From positions 1 to 47,731 of the forward strand of contig JAZDEI010000344.1 in the NCBI GenBank assembly GCA_043808945.1: 47,731 bases of DNA, written 5' to 3'. The position numbers were made by a program, and so were the translations under genes. The notes below the pieces were generated by a model. The model saw nothing but the letters and a program-made list of their open reading frames with translations. It searched no databases and was not told the origin of the DNA. How positions within the stretch are numbered: position 1 is the stretch's first letter; every line of letters starts with the position of its first letter. Shown one piece after another: positions 11,115 to 21,486 of this stretch. The DNA comes from Fidelibacterota bacterium. Its GTDB lineage: Bacteria > Fidelibacterota > UBA2242.

Positions 11115-12518
11115 TCAGTTAATCAAAACATTATCGAAATAGATTTTGAAACGGTACTTTTCTTTTAATTTAGTGACAAGGGAATCGCTAATCACTTTAT
11201 ATCTTTCATCAAAAAAATCCTGCACTACCGATGGTTTAACGGACTCAAAGCCTTTTGGTTCTGACGGGATGAAAGAAATTGACTTAACAATGGAGTAACC
11301 CCCACCGGAAGGGATTAGACTTCCCGCAACCCCTCCGGCCCTAAGATTTTGTGCGGTTTTTCCGATGCCGCCATATTGAGTCGCCGTGATAAAACCAAGA
11401 TAGCCGGGCCGTTTCTGATTACGAAAGCGCTCGGTGTATTTACCCGCAAGATAAAAAAAATCTTTCCCGCGCAAGGCTTGTTTTAAAATATTGATTGCAA
11501 CGACACTGTCCTTAATAAATATTTCACAAACCTCTGCTTTTGAGGGCGCAAGGTAACGCGTTTGACGGTTGCGCATATAGAAATCGTTAAGCGAATCATC
11601 ATTAGATACAATTAAACCATATATCTTTTTGGATTTATATTGAGACAAACAAAGTCTTTTTTTATAATCACCTATGTCGCGCACAATAGCCGGCGATCTA
11701 TCATATTTTTTAGACAGAGACGTCTTATATAAATGTTCTTCAACGATGAGGGTTCTGAAAATGTTCGAGAACATTTCAATTCCAATGGTTCCAAAGGGCA
11801 GGTCAATTCTTCGCAGTTCAACCTCTTTTTGTAACCAGGATAAATTATATGATCGAGATTTTGTCTTAACAATAATATTATCATCGCTAAAACTTTTCAA
11901 CACCTGTGGAGGATAGACATCGCCGTTGTTCGCCGTCCAGAGTCGCTGGAAATTATCATTATAAAAGCGCGATAGATCGGCAATGGCGCTGTCGTCGACA
12001 ACAATCTCCAATTCATTTACCGTACGCTCAAATAAGTTATATATCGCAGATTGAATAACGTCTCTATTGGAGTTAACCGCAGCCTCAAAAAGACGATTCC
12101 GTTGTTTAGAATATGGATGAGCGCTTCTGAATTCTGGGCTTAGGGTTGCATAAGACCTCAAGAGATAATTCTCGGGTATAACGGAGTCGATAACCGTCTT
12201 TTTAAGGTAATCTTCGATCAACAGATTCATCGAATACGAGTTTATTTTGCTAATAATATCTTTATCTTTATGTATTTTTAGTTTATGCGAATCGAACAGC
12301 ATCAGCTCGTCGTTTGCAAATTCTGTAATTTTCTTTCTTATTTCTTCTGGTGTGAATAAAACAAATTCATCCCGAGGGATAATTTTATAGAAATTGTCTA
12401 TTGGGACAGAATGAAAATTTATCCGAACAAGAATCTGCTTGCGATCACCGCAGTCATTTAAAAAAGTCAAAAATACTAAAATGTAAATAATTCGAAAATA
12501 TAACTTCATTTTTAACAC
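11115..12518 (-). CDS. PpiD/SurA-like chaperone with a degenerate C-terminal parvulin domain
   Basis: Hydrophobic N-terminus with Cys (FLTFLNDCG). The C-terminal stretch KAEVCEIFIK...DFFYLAGKYTE...GYLGFIT...GGGYSIVKSISF aligns to the parvulin fold. However, the two conserved His positions (HIL and GxH) read E and S. Confidence 0.55.
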   Translation of the reverse strand: MLKMKLYFRIIYILVFLTFLNDCGDRKQILVRINFHSVPIDNFYKIIPRDEFVLFTPEEIRKKITEFANDELMLFDSHKLKIHKDKDIISKINSYSMNLLIEDYLKKTVIDSVIPENYLLRSYATLSPEFRSAHPYSKQRNRLFEAAVNSNRDVIQSAIYNLFERTVNELEIVVDDSAIADLSRFYNDNFQRLWTANNGDVYPPQVLKSFSDDNIIVKTKSRSYNLSWLQKEVELRRIDLPFGTIGIEMFSNIFRTLIVEEHLYKTSLSKKYDRSPAIVRDIGDYKKRLCLSQYKSKKIYGLIVSNDDSLNDFYMRNRQTRYLAPSKAEVCEIFIKDSVVAINILKQALRGKDFFYLAGKYTERFRNQKRPGYLGFITATQYGGIGKTAQNLRAGGVAGSLIPSGGGYSIVKSISFIPSEPKGFESVKPSVVQDFFDERYKVISDSLVTKLKEKYRFKIYFDNVLIN

Positions 12519-12540
12519 TCGTCTAAAATATCAGAAAACC

Positions 12541-15500
12541 TCATAAGTTAAGTGAAACGACCAGCAGATTCAATAATCGAATAGTTATTTCAAAAATATC
12601 TCTATCCTGCGGGAATATGACTAAATGTAACATGTTATGCGGATTATACTTGTAAGAAACGCCAGTTGCGGCAAGAGATACGCGAATTACCGATAGAAAA
12701 ATATCAACGGACGAACAAACAGGCAGAGCGTTCCAGATAAAATGAACCGACCGTTCAGAAATATTTACCCTCTTTAATCCAAGTTTAGCGGACAAGGCCC
12801 GAATTTTACTAATTGAAATTAAAGTCTGCCCCTCAGCTGGAATTTTACCATAAATATCTTGTAACGCAGAAGAAATATTGTCAACAACCAAAATATCATC
12901 AGCAGAAGAAAGTTGGCGATAATAATCAAGACGGACAGATGGCGAGGAGACGAAAATATCCGGTAAAAATGCCGGAAAAGAACAAAATATTTCTACATCG
13001 GGCGATCTATTGCTATTTGCGGCCGGATGATCTTCATTTGAGTTAAAATCGTCAAGCGCTTCGCGTAAAATCTTAGTGTATAGTTCATATCCAATAGCCT
13101 GAATGTTTCCACTCTGATCCGGACCAAAAAGATTTCCAGCACCGCGAATTTCAAGATCCTGCAATGCGATATTATAGCCAGATCCCAGGGCGCTATATTT
13201 TTTTATGGTCTGTAATTTCCTTAATCCATCCGAATTAATACGGGATGGATCTGGAATAATCAAGTATGCATATGCTCGACGACTACTTCGCCCGACCCTC
13301 CCGCGCAATTGATATAATTGCGCAAGTCCATAGTGATGGGCGTTGTTAATAAAAATTGTATTTGCATTTGGTATATCAATACCGGACTCTATAATTGTCG
13401 TCGTCACCAAAAGGTTAATTTCATTTACAATAAAAGAGCGCATTATTTTTTCCAGATCATTTTCGCCCATCTGTCCATGGGCATATGCAATAGAAATATC
13501 TGGTAAAAGATCAGATAATTTTTTACACAAAGCGGAGATTGTCTTGATATCATTATGTACAAAAAACACCTGGCCGCCACGATTAATTTCTCGCATTACG
13601 GTGTTTTTGATAAAATTGGAATCAAATGTAATAACCTCGGTAAATACAGGCAAACGGGAAACAGGGGGGGTATTGATTACGGAAAAGTCGCGGGCGCCGA
13701 TTAAGGAAAAATGTAACGAGCGTGGAATTGGAGTTGCCGACAAAGCCAAAACATCGATGGATGCGCGTAATGTTTTTATACGCTCTTTGTCCTTAACGCC
13801 AAAACGATGCTCTTCGTCGATAATTAACAACCCGAGGTCATTAAATAACACATCTTTGGACAATAAACGATGCGTTCCAATAATTATATCGATTTTACCA
13901 TCGGCGAGATCTTTTAATATCTGTATCTGTCTGCTACGCGGGACAAAACGAGAAATCAAGGCAATATTAACCGGGTAATTATTAAGACGTTGACTAAAAA
14001 CCGCAAAATGCTGATCGGCAAGAATTGTGGTTGGAACGAGTACCGCGACCTGTTTTGATCCGGAAACAGCCTTGAAAGAAGCGCGAATGGCAACCTCGGT
14101 TTTACCAAAACCAACATCACCGCATAAAAGACGATCCATTGGACGTTTTCTTTCCATGTCTTTTTTAATTTCTTGAATGGCAGTGACCTGATCGGGTGTT
14201 TCTTCATAAATAAATTCAGATTCCATTGAGACCTGAATATCTGTATCTGGCAGAAAAGCAAAGCCGTCGGCGTTGACTCTTTTGGCATACAGCGAAATCA
14301 ATTCTTTGGAAATATCCTCTACGGCACGCCGCGATTTTAATTTTGTGCGCTCCCAATCGGTAGTTCCGAGTTTATTTAAAGGAGGTGCGGCGCCGCCTCC
14401 TCCAATATATTTTTGAACATAGTTCAATTTTTCCAGGGGCACAAAAACCCTATCGCCACCAAAATACTCAAGAGACAGGCATTCACGCATGGACCCCATA
14501 GCCATTATCTTAAGTAAACCCGAAAAACGTCCAACACCATAATTAATATGTACGATTAAATCACCCGGGGCAATATCGTTGGGATTAAATTTTTCGACGG
14601 AAAAATCTCTAGAAAATTTATTAAAAAAATTGATTTTGTGAGATCGTTTAAAAAGTTCATGTTCAGTAAATACATACAGTCCAATTTCTGGAATTTCAAA
14701 GCCACGAGAAATTGATGCGAAGACATAAGATAAATGGTCATTGCCAATTAAAATACTGAGCCGTTCTATTTGGGCAGAATTGGAACAATAGACGGCAATA
14801 TTAGCCGATGGATGGGAAATATGAATAGAATGAAGGTAATTTTTAAAATCATTTATATTATTAATATGAGAAATAGGGTTAGATTGAAAAAAAATGTCAG
14901 AAGATAAAATGTCGTTGTGTCGAATTATAGGAAAAGACAACAAATCATTTTTGTATGAAAAAACGCCAACATTATTTTCTAATTGTTCTCCGTGTGGAAA
15001 AAAAACAATAGTATCCTTTTTAAGATATGAAAAAAGTGTAGTTGAGTCGTCATTGTCTAAAGTACTTTTAGCGGGAGCATGGAAAGAAAAAGAATTGACC
15101 TTGTTAATAGAGAGCTGGGTTTCCGGGTTAAATGAACGAATAGATTCAATTGTATCGCCAAAGAACTCAATTCGAAAGGGTAGTAAAGAATCCGGAGGGA
15201 AAAAGTCAATAATTCCACCTTTAATACAAAATTCAAACGGCTCTTCAACGACATCTGATATTGTATATCCGAGATCATAAAGGTTATCAACAAAGGCATC
15301 ACGATTTAAAACATCTCCGATACTTATAAATTTGTTATACTTATTAAAAACGCCCAAAGAGGGAAAGCGTATATTTAAAGCGTTAAAAGTTGCAATAATA
15401 ATGACACTGTCAGCGGATGACATGTTTTTTAGAGTATCGTTGATAAAAAAAGAATTTAAAGATTCTACATCAGATAGAATTGCCGTTTGAGGTGCGGGCG

Positions 15501-15771
15501 GGGGCAAGAAACAAACAGGAGCTTCAACAGGAAACGAATCCAAATCATCACGAATATATTCAGCTTCGTTGGAATCATTGGTGACAACAAGAATAGTTCG
15601 GCTTAAGGATCTAAATAGAGAATAAATAAAAAGAGATATAGAGGAGCCATAGAGCCCCGAAATGGAAAACAGATTTTTTTCATCAGATAAATTATTAACA
15701 ACAGATACAAAGGAATCTTGTTTGGCAAACAATGAAAAATAATTATTGGTCCAGTCGGCGGTTGGTTTCAC
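12541..15771 (-). CDS. mfd: Transcription-repair coupling factor
   Basis: 1076 aa. Motifs present: GDLIVHINYGVGRF (CarD-like RNAP-interaction domain), Walker A LLCGDVGFGKTEVAIRA, LLIIDEEHRFGV, LSATPIPRSL and QLRGRVGRS. The GTG start overlaps the mnmG stop (GTGA). Confidence 0.95.
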   Translation of the reverse strand: MKPTADWTNNYFSLFAKQDSFVSVVNNLSDEKNLFSISGLYGSSISLFIYSLFRSLSRTILVVTNDSNEAEYIRDDLDSFPVEAPVCFLPPPAPQTAILSDVESLNSFFINDTLKNMSSADSVIIIATFNALNIRFPSLGVFNKYNKFISIGDVLNRDAFVDNLYDLGYTISDVVEEPFEFCIKGGIIDFFPPDSLLPFRIEFFGDTIESIRSFNPETQLSINKVNSFSFHAPAKSTLDNDDSTTLFSYLKKDTIVFFPHGEQLENNVGVFSYKNDLLSFPIIRHNDILSSDIFFQSNPISHINNINDFKNYLHSIHISHPSANIAVYCSNSAQIERLSILIGNDHLSYVFASISRGFEIPEIGLYVFTEHELFKRSHKINFFNKFSRDFSVEKFNPNDIAPGDLIVHINYGVGRFSGLLKIMAMGSMRECLSLEYFGGDRVFVPLEKLNYVQKYIGGGGAAPPLNKLGTTDWERTKLKSRRAVEDISKELISLYAKRVNADGFAFLPDTDIQVSMESEFIYEETPDQVTAIQEIKKDMERKRPMDRLLCGDVGFGKTEVAIRASFKAVSGSKQVAVLVPTTILADQHFAVFSQRLNNYPVNIALISRFVPRSRQIQILKDLADGKIDIIIGTHRLLSKDVLFNDLGLLIIDEEHRFGVKDKERIKTLRASIDVLALSATPIPRSLHFSLIGARDFSVINTPPVSRLPVFTEVITFDSNFIKNTVMREINRGGQVFFVHNDIKTISALCKKLSDLLPDISIAYAHGQMGENDLEKIMRSFIVNEINLLVTTTIIESGIDIPNANTIFINNAHHYGLAQLYQLRGRVGRSSRRAYAYLIIPDPSRINSDGLRKLQTIKKYSALGSGYNIALQDLEIRGAGNLFGPDQSGNIQAIGYELYTKILREALDDFNSNEDHPAANSNRSPDVEIFCSFPAFLPDIFVSSPSVRLDYYRQLSSADDILVVDNISSALQDIYGKIPAEGQTLISISKIRALSAKLGLKRVNISERSVHFIWNALPVCSSVDIFLSVIRVSLAATGVSYKYNPHNMLHLVIFPQDRDIFEITIRLLNLLVVSLNL

Positions 15772-17648
15772 GTGGAGCGATTTGGTTTATGCAATAAGAA
15801 AAATAAAGAAGTAATATCAGCGGGGGAAACGCCGGGAATGCGAGACGCCTGGCCAAGAGTTTGGGGAGATATATTTACTAGTTTTTCTTTAGCCTCATTT
15901 GTCAAAGAATGCACACTTTTATAATCAAAACAGAGAGGAATGTTTATGCAATCAAGACGACGCATTGACTCGGCAAGCGATAGACTATGCTTAATATAAC
16001 CATTGTATTTAACATCACATTCAACCTGATCAATGATAGCGGGAAGGCGAGAAAACGTTTTAAGAATATTCTCAGACAGGACGGGGCGCAGTAAATCTAT
16101 ATTAATCTTTGGCCGACATAGAAGTTTATATAGTGAAATACTACCGCGAATGAGCGTTTCGCCAACAAAAGACAAAATAGGATTGGCTTTTTCAGAAGAG
16201 ATAAATGTTGATGATAATTCCGAAATGGCGGAAAGAATATCTTGTCTTTTAGAATTTGCACGGTCAGCCTCTTCGTGTGGTATTAGACCAATATCGCGCC
16301 CCATTTGAATTAGTCTCAAATCGGCGTTGTCAAATCGTAATAATAGTCTATGCTCCGCGCTTGATGTAAACATGCGATAAGGCTCGTCTGGAGATTTTGT
16401 TATTAGGTCATCAATAAGAACGCCAATATATGCCTCATGCCTCTGAAGGATAAGAGGCTCGCAATGTTGAAGGGATAGAGCCGCATTTATACCGGCCATT
16501 AGGCCCAGTGCGGCGGCTTCTTCATAACCGGATGTTCCATTAATTTGACCGGCAAGATATAGTCCGGCAACGATTTTAGTTTCAAGAGTGTTTTTTACCT
16601 GATATGAAGGAAAATAATCATATTCAATAGCGTAGCCGGGACGGATAAATTCCGCATGCTCTAATCCCGGTACGGTTCGCAACGCCAATTCCTGGACATC
16701 AATTGGCAAACTGGTCGAAAAACCGTTTACATAATATTCGTCGCCATCGGTCTGCTCGGGCTCAAGAAATATTTGATGAGCCGGCCTTTCCCCGAAACGT
16801 ACGACCTTAACTTCAATACTTGGACAGTATCTAGGCCCTATGCCCTTTATTATACCGGAATATAAAGGAGATCGCGAAAGATTATTTAAAATTATTTCAT
16901 GCGTTTTCCCGGTACTGTGTGTTAAAAAACAGGGGATATTGGGAGGATTAAAATCTTTAGTATTAAAAGAGAAAGGAACTGGTACGAGATCGCCAAATTG
17001 TGGTGTGGTTTTGGAAAAGTCTATAGATTTTCCGGCAATACGGGGTGGCGTCCCCGTTTTCAATCGGCCAGCAACAATCCCGTGTTCGCCCAAAGATTTT
17101 GTCAAGCCGACCACGCGCTCTTCCCCGATACGTCCGCCGAATTGCTGCTGTTGGCCGATATGAATCAATCCGTTTAAAAAAGTACCACAAGTAAGAATGA
17201 CAGCGCGACTAAAAATCTCGCCATTTTTAATTGAACGAACTCCGCAAACCGAACGATTTCTAACGATTAATCCGGTTACCGTATCTTCGATTGTAACGAG
17301 GCGATCTTGTTTAAGTATATTATTTTTAGCAGTTGTAGAATAATTATATTTATCTGCTTGTGCGCGCGGAGACCAAACGGCACGCCCCCGGGATTTATTC
17401 AGCATTTTAAATTGAATTCCGGTTTGATCAATTATCTTTGCCATCTCTCCACCGAGAGCATCAATTTCTGCAACCAGATGCCCTTTTGCAAGGCCGCCAA
17501 TAGATGGGTTACACGACATCCTGGCTATCGATTGAATATTTTGAGTTATTAAAACCGCAGATAGGCCCATGCGTGCGGCAGCCAGGGATGCTTCCACTCC
17601 GGCATGTCCACCTCCAACAATAATTATGTCGCAATCAAGTAGTTTCAT
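15768..17648 (-). CDS. mnmG: tRNA uridine 5-carboxymethylaminomethyl modification enzyme MnmG (GidA)
   Basis: 626 aa. Motifs present: DIIIVGGGHAGVEASLAAARMG (FAD fold), SCNPSIGGLAKGHLVAEIDALGG and LAGQINGTSGYEEAAALG. Confidence 0.97.
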   Translation of the reverse strand: MKLLDCDIIIVGGGHAGVEASLAAARMGLSAVLITQNIQSIARMSCNPSIGGLAKGHLVAEIDALGGEMAKIIDQTGIQFKMLNKSRGRAVWSPRAQADKYNYSTTAKNNILKQDRLVTIEDTVTGLIVRNRSVCGVRSIKNGEIFSRAVILTCGTFLNGLIHIGQQQQFGGRIGEERVVGLTKSLGEHGIVAGRLKTGTPPRIAGKSIDFSKTTPQFGDLVPVPFSFNTKDFNPPNIPCFLTHSTGKTHEIILNNLSRSPLYSGIIKGIGPRYCPSIEVKVVRFGERPAHQIFLEPEQTDGDEYYVNGFSTSLPIDVQELALRTVPGLEHAEFIRPGYAIEYDYFPSYQVKNTLETKIVAGLYLAGQINGTSGYEEAAALGLMAGINAALSLQHCEPLILQRHEAYIGVLIDDLITKSPDEPYRMFTSSAEHRLLLRFDNADLRLIQMGRDIGLIPHEEADRANSKRQDILSAISELSSTFISSEKANPILSFVGETLIRGSISLYKLLCRPKINIDLLRPVLSENILKTFSRLPAIIDQVECDVKYNGYIKHSLSLAESMRRLDCINIPLCFDYKSVHSLTNEAKEKLVNISPQTLGQASRIPGVSPADITSLFFLLHKPNRST

Positions 17649-17658
17649 GTGAAACGGC

Positions 17659-19017
17659 CTATTTACCGATACAGAACTTGTTAAAAATATTATTTAGTAT
17701 GTCGTCGTTGGTTGTTTTGCCCAAGATCTCATCAAAATGATCTAATACAAGTCGTAGATCGGCAATAATGATTTCTGGCGCCCGGCCCGTATCAACCATT
17801 TGTTTCCGCGCCCATGAAAGCTTGCGCCTTGCGTCCTGGAGTGCTTTCAAATGCCTTAAATCAGAAATAATTACACTATCGTCAGTTTGAATCTTATCGC
17901 TTATTATATCTAAGATCATTTTAGTAAGTTCGTGTAGACCAGTGTGTTTTTTTGCCGAAACGAAAACGTGTGAATATTCCGCGAATATTTCATGGAATTT
18001 CTTTAGCGAATCGTTTTTGATAATATCAATTTTATTAATAACAATTATTGTATTTCTATTCTTTATATAATGTTGTTTCCAGATATTTTTTATGGGTTTT
18101 GATGCATCAATTACAAAAAGAACAATATCACCCCGTTGAATGCTTTTAAGGGTGCGATTAATACCAATTTTCTCGATATGATTATTAGTTGTTCTTATTC
18201 CTGCCGTATCAAGCAAGCGCAATAAATGGCCCCCCGCTTGGATCGCTTCTTCAAGCGTGTCCCGGGTGGTGCCCGGAAAGGGGGTAACGATGGCGCGTTC
18301 TTCATTTAAAAAGGCGTTTAATAAGCTCGACTTTCCACTGTTTGGCGGGCCAACAATTGGAATAAGCACCCCCCGTTTCAGTATTTTACCACAAGAATAT
18401 GATTTAATAAGCGAGCGTGTTTTTATTAAGACATTGTCGATAGCTCTGGCAAGATCATTATTAGAAGTAGCATCAATTTCGTTTTCCGAAAAATCTAATT
18501 CTAACTCAAGAATAGATATAAGATCGACCAAATTATTCCTTAGAACGGTTATTTTTTGTCCGATGGAACCGCAGATGGCCTCAATAGCGACCTTATGGGC
18601 GGCCTGGGTTTGAGAGAATACAAGATCTGAAACCGCCTCTGCTTGTGATAAATCCATTTTCCCATTAATAAATGCGCGTCGCGTGAATTCGCCGGGTTGC
18701 GCCAGGGTCGCGCCTCGCATCAGGCACATTTCAATAATTTTATTAATTATATATGGGCTACCGTGGCAACTTATTTCGACCGCATCTTCACCGGTATATG
18801 AACGCGGAGCCTTGTAGTAGGTTACGATAGCATCATCTAGTAAATCTTCTCCAGCGTAAATCTTTGTATAAAACGATACCATTGGAGTAATAACGGATTT
18901 TAATGATATGATTTTACTGACGATTTTCAGGGAGAGTTGCCCCGAAAGTCTAATAATGGCAATTGCACCCAACCCGGGCGGAGTCGAGAGGGCAATGATT
19001 GTTTTTTCGGGAGACAT
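17659..19017 (-). CDS. mnmE: tRNA modification GTPase MnmE (TrmE)
   Basis: G1 motif GPPNSGKSSLLNA, G3 motif DTAGIR, G4 motif NKID and the C-terminal CIGK motif are all present. Confidence 0.95.
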   Translation of the reverse strand: MSPEKTIIALSTPPGLGAIAIIRLSGQLSLKIVSKIISLKSVITPMVSFYTKIYAGEDLLDDAIVTYYKAPRSYTGEDAVEISCHGSPYIINKIIEMCLMRGATLAQPGEFTRRAFINGKMDLSQAEAVSDLVFSQTQAAHKVAIEAICGSIGQKITVLRNNLVDLISILELELDFSENEIDATSNNDLARAIDNVLIKTRSLIKSYSCGKILKRGVLIPIVGPPNSGKSSLLNAFLNEERAIVTPFPGTTRDTLEEAIQAGGHLLRLLDTAGIRTTNNHIEKIGINRTLKSIQRGDIVLFVIDASKPIKNIWKQHYIKNRNTIIVINKIDIIKNDSLKKFHEIFAEYSHVFVSAKKHTGLHELTKMILDIISDKIQTDDSVIISDLRHLKALQDARRKLSWARKQMVDTGRAPEIIIADLRLVLDHFDEILGKTTNDDILNNIFNKFCIGK

Positions 19018-19039
19018 AAAGCCCGCAGAGATATTCTGT

Positions 19040-20797
19040 TTAATGCCGGCGCATCTTCAATTGATACTGACGTAAATTTTGAAGTGCGCTCTTTTTAGAT
19101 TTTTTAGGAGGTTTTGGCTTTGGTGGAAAATATTTTGTTTGAACGATTGAAAGAACATTAAACAAAGTATAGTACAAATTTAATCCAGACGGAAACTGGT
19201 TGAAAAGGAAGAGAAAGAAAAATGTCATAAAGTACATCATTACTTTTTGTTGCTGATTTCCAGACGCGCCAGAAAATTTTTGCTGAATTAATTGAGAAAT
19301 TGCCATAAGAATCGGCAGAACATTAACATGGTTGCCATAAAGAGGGATTGTGAATGGCAGGGTAAATATAGTATCGGGGGCCGAAAGGTCAGTTATCCAA
19401 AAAATAAAAGGGGCCTGGCGTAGCTCAATTGTTGTCCGAAATACTATAAACAACGCCCACAAGATTGGCATTTGTAAAAGGATCGGGAGACAGCCGCCCA
19501 TTGGATTGATATTATGCTCCTTAAACATTTTCATTTTTTCGGTATTTTCGCGCTGAGGGTCGCTACCGTACTTTTCATGCAACGCTGATAATTGCGGTTG
19601 TAGTTTTTGCATTTCCTTCATTGAGCGGGTCGAGCTATTTGTTAGTGGAGTAAGAGCAAATTTTAACAAAAATGAAAAAATAATTAGCACCCAGCCATAA
19701 TTGGGAATAATTCGGTGCATCTCTGTAAACACCCACAAGATTGCCTTGCTGATCGGCCGAATTAAACTGAAACCAAAATTCATCAGGTTTTCAAAACCTG
19801 GCGCCATATTTTTAATAAGACTATAATCAAGAGGACCAATGAAAATCTTAGTAAAATTTGGCTCCGTGGTATTCAGAGTAAGATACATATTAAATGTCTT
19901 TATAAAATCTTTTCCGGCGGTTGGGGTGCCCGTGGCGGTCAAACAATATGCATCGGCGGGTTTCAGGGGAATAAGAGCCGCCGCAAAATATTTTGTTCGG
20001 ATTGCCGTCCATTGAGTTGAACCGATAAGCTTAGACTGTCCGCTTTTACCCGATTTAACATCTAAGTTTTCGGTTTCTCCACCACCATATGCGGTGGCTT
20101 TTGAATAATAAATATCGTCTTTGACCAATTCTTCCGTATAGGCGAGACCACCCTCCCAAATCAGATCATATTTATCGGAGGCCATTTCATTGCGCACACC
20201 ACTGAGATCGTCCAACAGTTGAATAGTAAACCGGTTTCCATAGAAAACCATAGTGCGGCCGACAAGCGTTCTGTCGCCGGCGTTAAGTAAAAATTTAATA
20301 GACAGGCTATCATTTGACGCAATTTTATAATGACCATTACTTATTGCCCGTTTGTCCGGCAAAACAGTAAAATTTTGATCCAGCGTTGTAGAATCACCGC
20401 TAATATTTACAAAACGTAGGTAAAGCCTTTTACTATAGGATGGTGGAATCAATTCTACCAAAGAGGTATCGTGTCCGGATATTTTTTTATAGTTTTTTAA
20501 CACTATGCTCGTAAGGGTTCCGCCGCCTTGTGAAGACACCTTGAGGCGATATAGGTCGGTCTCAATAGTTAAGGTATCGGCGCGGAGCTTAACCGGGGAG
20601 GTTTTGTTATCAGTTTTTGGAGCCGGTTTTTCGAGAAGGGGCGCGCTTTTTATTTGTGTCTGGGCGATTGGGGGCTCAACAGCCGTATGTGGCGTTTGTG
20701 TGTCCACCGGTTTTTTTGAAACGCTTTTGAAATAATATGGCATAGCCATTATTATTATAAAAATGAGAATGAAACCAAAGACGGATTTTCTATCCAT
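19040..20797 (-). CDS. yidC: Membrane protein insertase YidC
   Basis: 585 aa. It has an N-terminal TM segment, a large periplasmic domain and the conserved core NYGWVLIIFSFLLKFALTPL...MQKLQPQ...NPMGGCLPILLQMPILWALF, followed by a basic C-terminal tail. Confidence 0.95.
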   Translation of the reverse strand: MDRKSVFGFILIFIIIMAMPYYFKSVSKKPVDTQTPHTAVEPPIAQTQIKSAPLLEKPAPKTDNKTSPVKLRADTLTIETDLYRLKVSSQGGGTLTSIVLKNYKKISGHDTSLVELIPPSYSKRLYLRFVNISGDSTTLDQNFTVLPDKRAISNGHYKIASNDSLSIKFLLNAGDRTLVGRTMVFYGNRFTIQLLDDLSGVRNEMASDKYDLIWEGGLAYTEELVKDDIYYSKATAYGGGETENLDVKSGKSGQSKLIGSTQWTAIRTKYFAAALIPLKPADAYCLTATGTPTAGKDFIKTFNMYLTLNTTEPNFTKIFIGPLDYSLIKNMAPGFENLMNFGFSLIRPISKAILWVFTEMHRIIPNYGWVLIIFSFLLKFALTPLTNSSTRSMKEMQKLQPQLSALHEKYGSDPQRENTEKMKMFKEHNINPMGGCLPILLQMPILWALFIVFRTTIELRQAPFIFWITDLSAPDTIFTLPFTIPLYGNHVNVLPILMAISQLIQQKFSGASGNQQQKVMMYFMTFFFLFLFNQFPSGLNLYYTLFNVLSIVQTKYFPPKPKPPKKSKKSALQNLRQYQLKMRRH

Positions 20798-20800
20798 ACT

Positions 20801-21031
20801 TTATTCCTTTATTGTTGGAATTGGATCGTAGCCGCCAGAATGATATGGATGACATTTCAATATTCGGCGGGTTGAGAAAAATAACGCTTTGAAAAAGCCG
20901 AATTCGCGAAAAGCTTCTACGGCATATTGTGAACACGTTGGTTCAAATCGGCAGGCTTTTGGAAAAAGCGGTGACAACACTATCTGGTAGGACCTTATAA
21001 TTAAAATAAAAACGTAATTTATTATTTTCAT
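20801..21031 (-). CDS. yidD: Membrane protein insertion efficiency factor YidD
   Basis: 76 aa. The sequence IRSYQIVLSPLFPKACRFEPTCSQYAVEAFREFG...CHPYHSGGYDPIP matches the YidD/DUF37 signature. Confidence 0.9.
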   Translation of the reverse strand: MKIINYVFILIIRSYQIVLSPLFPKACRFEPTCSQYAVEAFREFGFFKALFFSTRRILKCHPYHSGGYDPIPTIKE

Positions 21032-21035
21032 TTAT

Positions 21036-21413
21036 TTATGTATTGACATTATTTACAAAGATTTCTTTTAATTCAAGAACTCGCAGATCAGTTAACGGTT
21101 TATAAACCGTGATAGCGATTGCGGCCGGGCGCAAACAGCAAGTCTTTCCAAGTCGAAAAGACTCTTTGATTTTTCGCTTGTATTCATTCCGCTTAAAAGC
21201 TTTACCCGAATTCTTTTTTACGATGATAGATAATTCCCATTTATCTTGGGGCAGGATTGAGACATAAAAACCGTCATATTTGATCGATTTTCCCTGGTTG
21301 ATTATCTGTATGCGTTTGGCCCAACTGGAAAGTCGCTCTTGGCGTGGTAAATTAGGCCGATAGCTGTTTACGGCCCTTGGCGCGCCTTCTGGCAAGGATT
21401 TTTCTGCCACCAT
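21036..21413 (-). CDS. rnpA: Ribonuclease P protein component. The start is uncertain: ATG 21413 or TTG 21395, and both overlap rpmH.
   Basis: The conserved RnpA core begins at LPRQERLSS..., followed by [26 protein letters not shown]. The gene lies between rpmH and yidD. Confidence 0.85.
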   Translation of the reverse strand: MVAEKSLPEGAPRAVNSYRPNLPRQERLSSWAKRIQIINQGKSIKYDGFYVSILPQDKWELSIIVKKNSGKAFKRNEYKRKIKESFRLGKTCCLRPAAIAITVYKPLTDLRVLELKEIFVNNVNT

Positions 21414-21486
21414 CGGTACTCATTCTTTTTCTAAATCCGTGGACATTCTTTCTCTTTCGGTTGCTCGGTTGATAAGTCCTTTTCAT
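21352..21486 (-). CDS. rpmH: 50S ribosomal protein L34
   Basis: Own translation of a gene too short for the ORF track: [44 protein letters not shown] (44 aa), a textbook L34 sequence. GAGGAA lies 4 nt upstream of the ATG. Confidence 0.9.
   Translation of the reverse strand: MKRTYQPSNRKRKNVHGFRKRMSTDGGRKILARRRAKGRKQLSA

Noticed and set aside
13343-13978. Long antisense or alternative-frame ORFs inside well-supported genes. Examples are 13343-13978 (+, 211 aa, inside mfd), 2690-3256 (+, inside gyrA), 28832-29416 (+, across pmbA/tldD), 37615-38169 (-, inside tgt), 42006-42485 (-, inside fmt), and 32407-32871, 32875-33333 and 33394-33846 (-, inside the large OM protein).
   Set aside because: Their translations are low-complexity (Arg/Ser/Pro/Ile-rich) with no recognisable motifs. 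Each lies wholly within a gene whose opposite-strand product carries unambiguous family signatures, so they behave as typical shadow ORFs.
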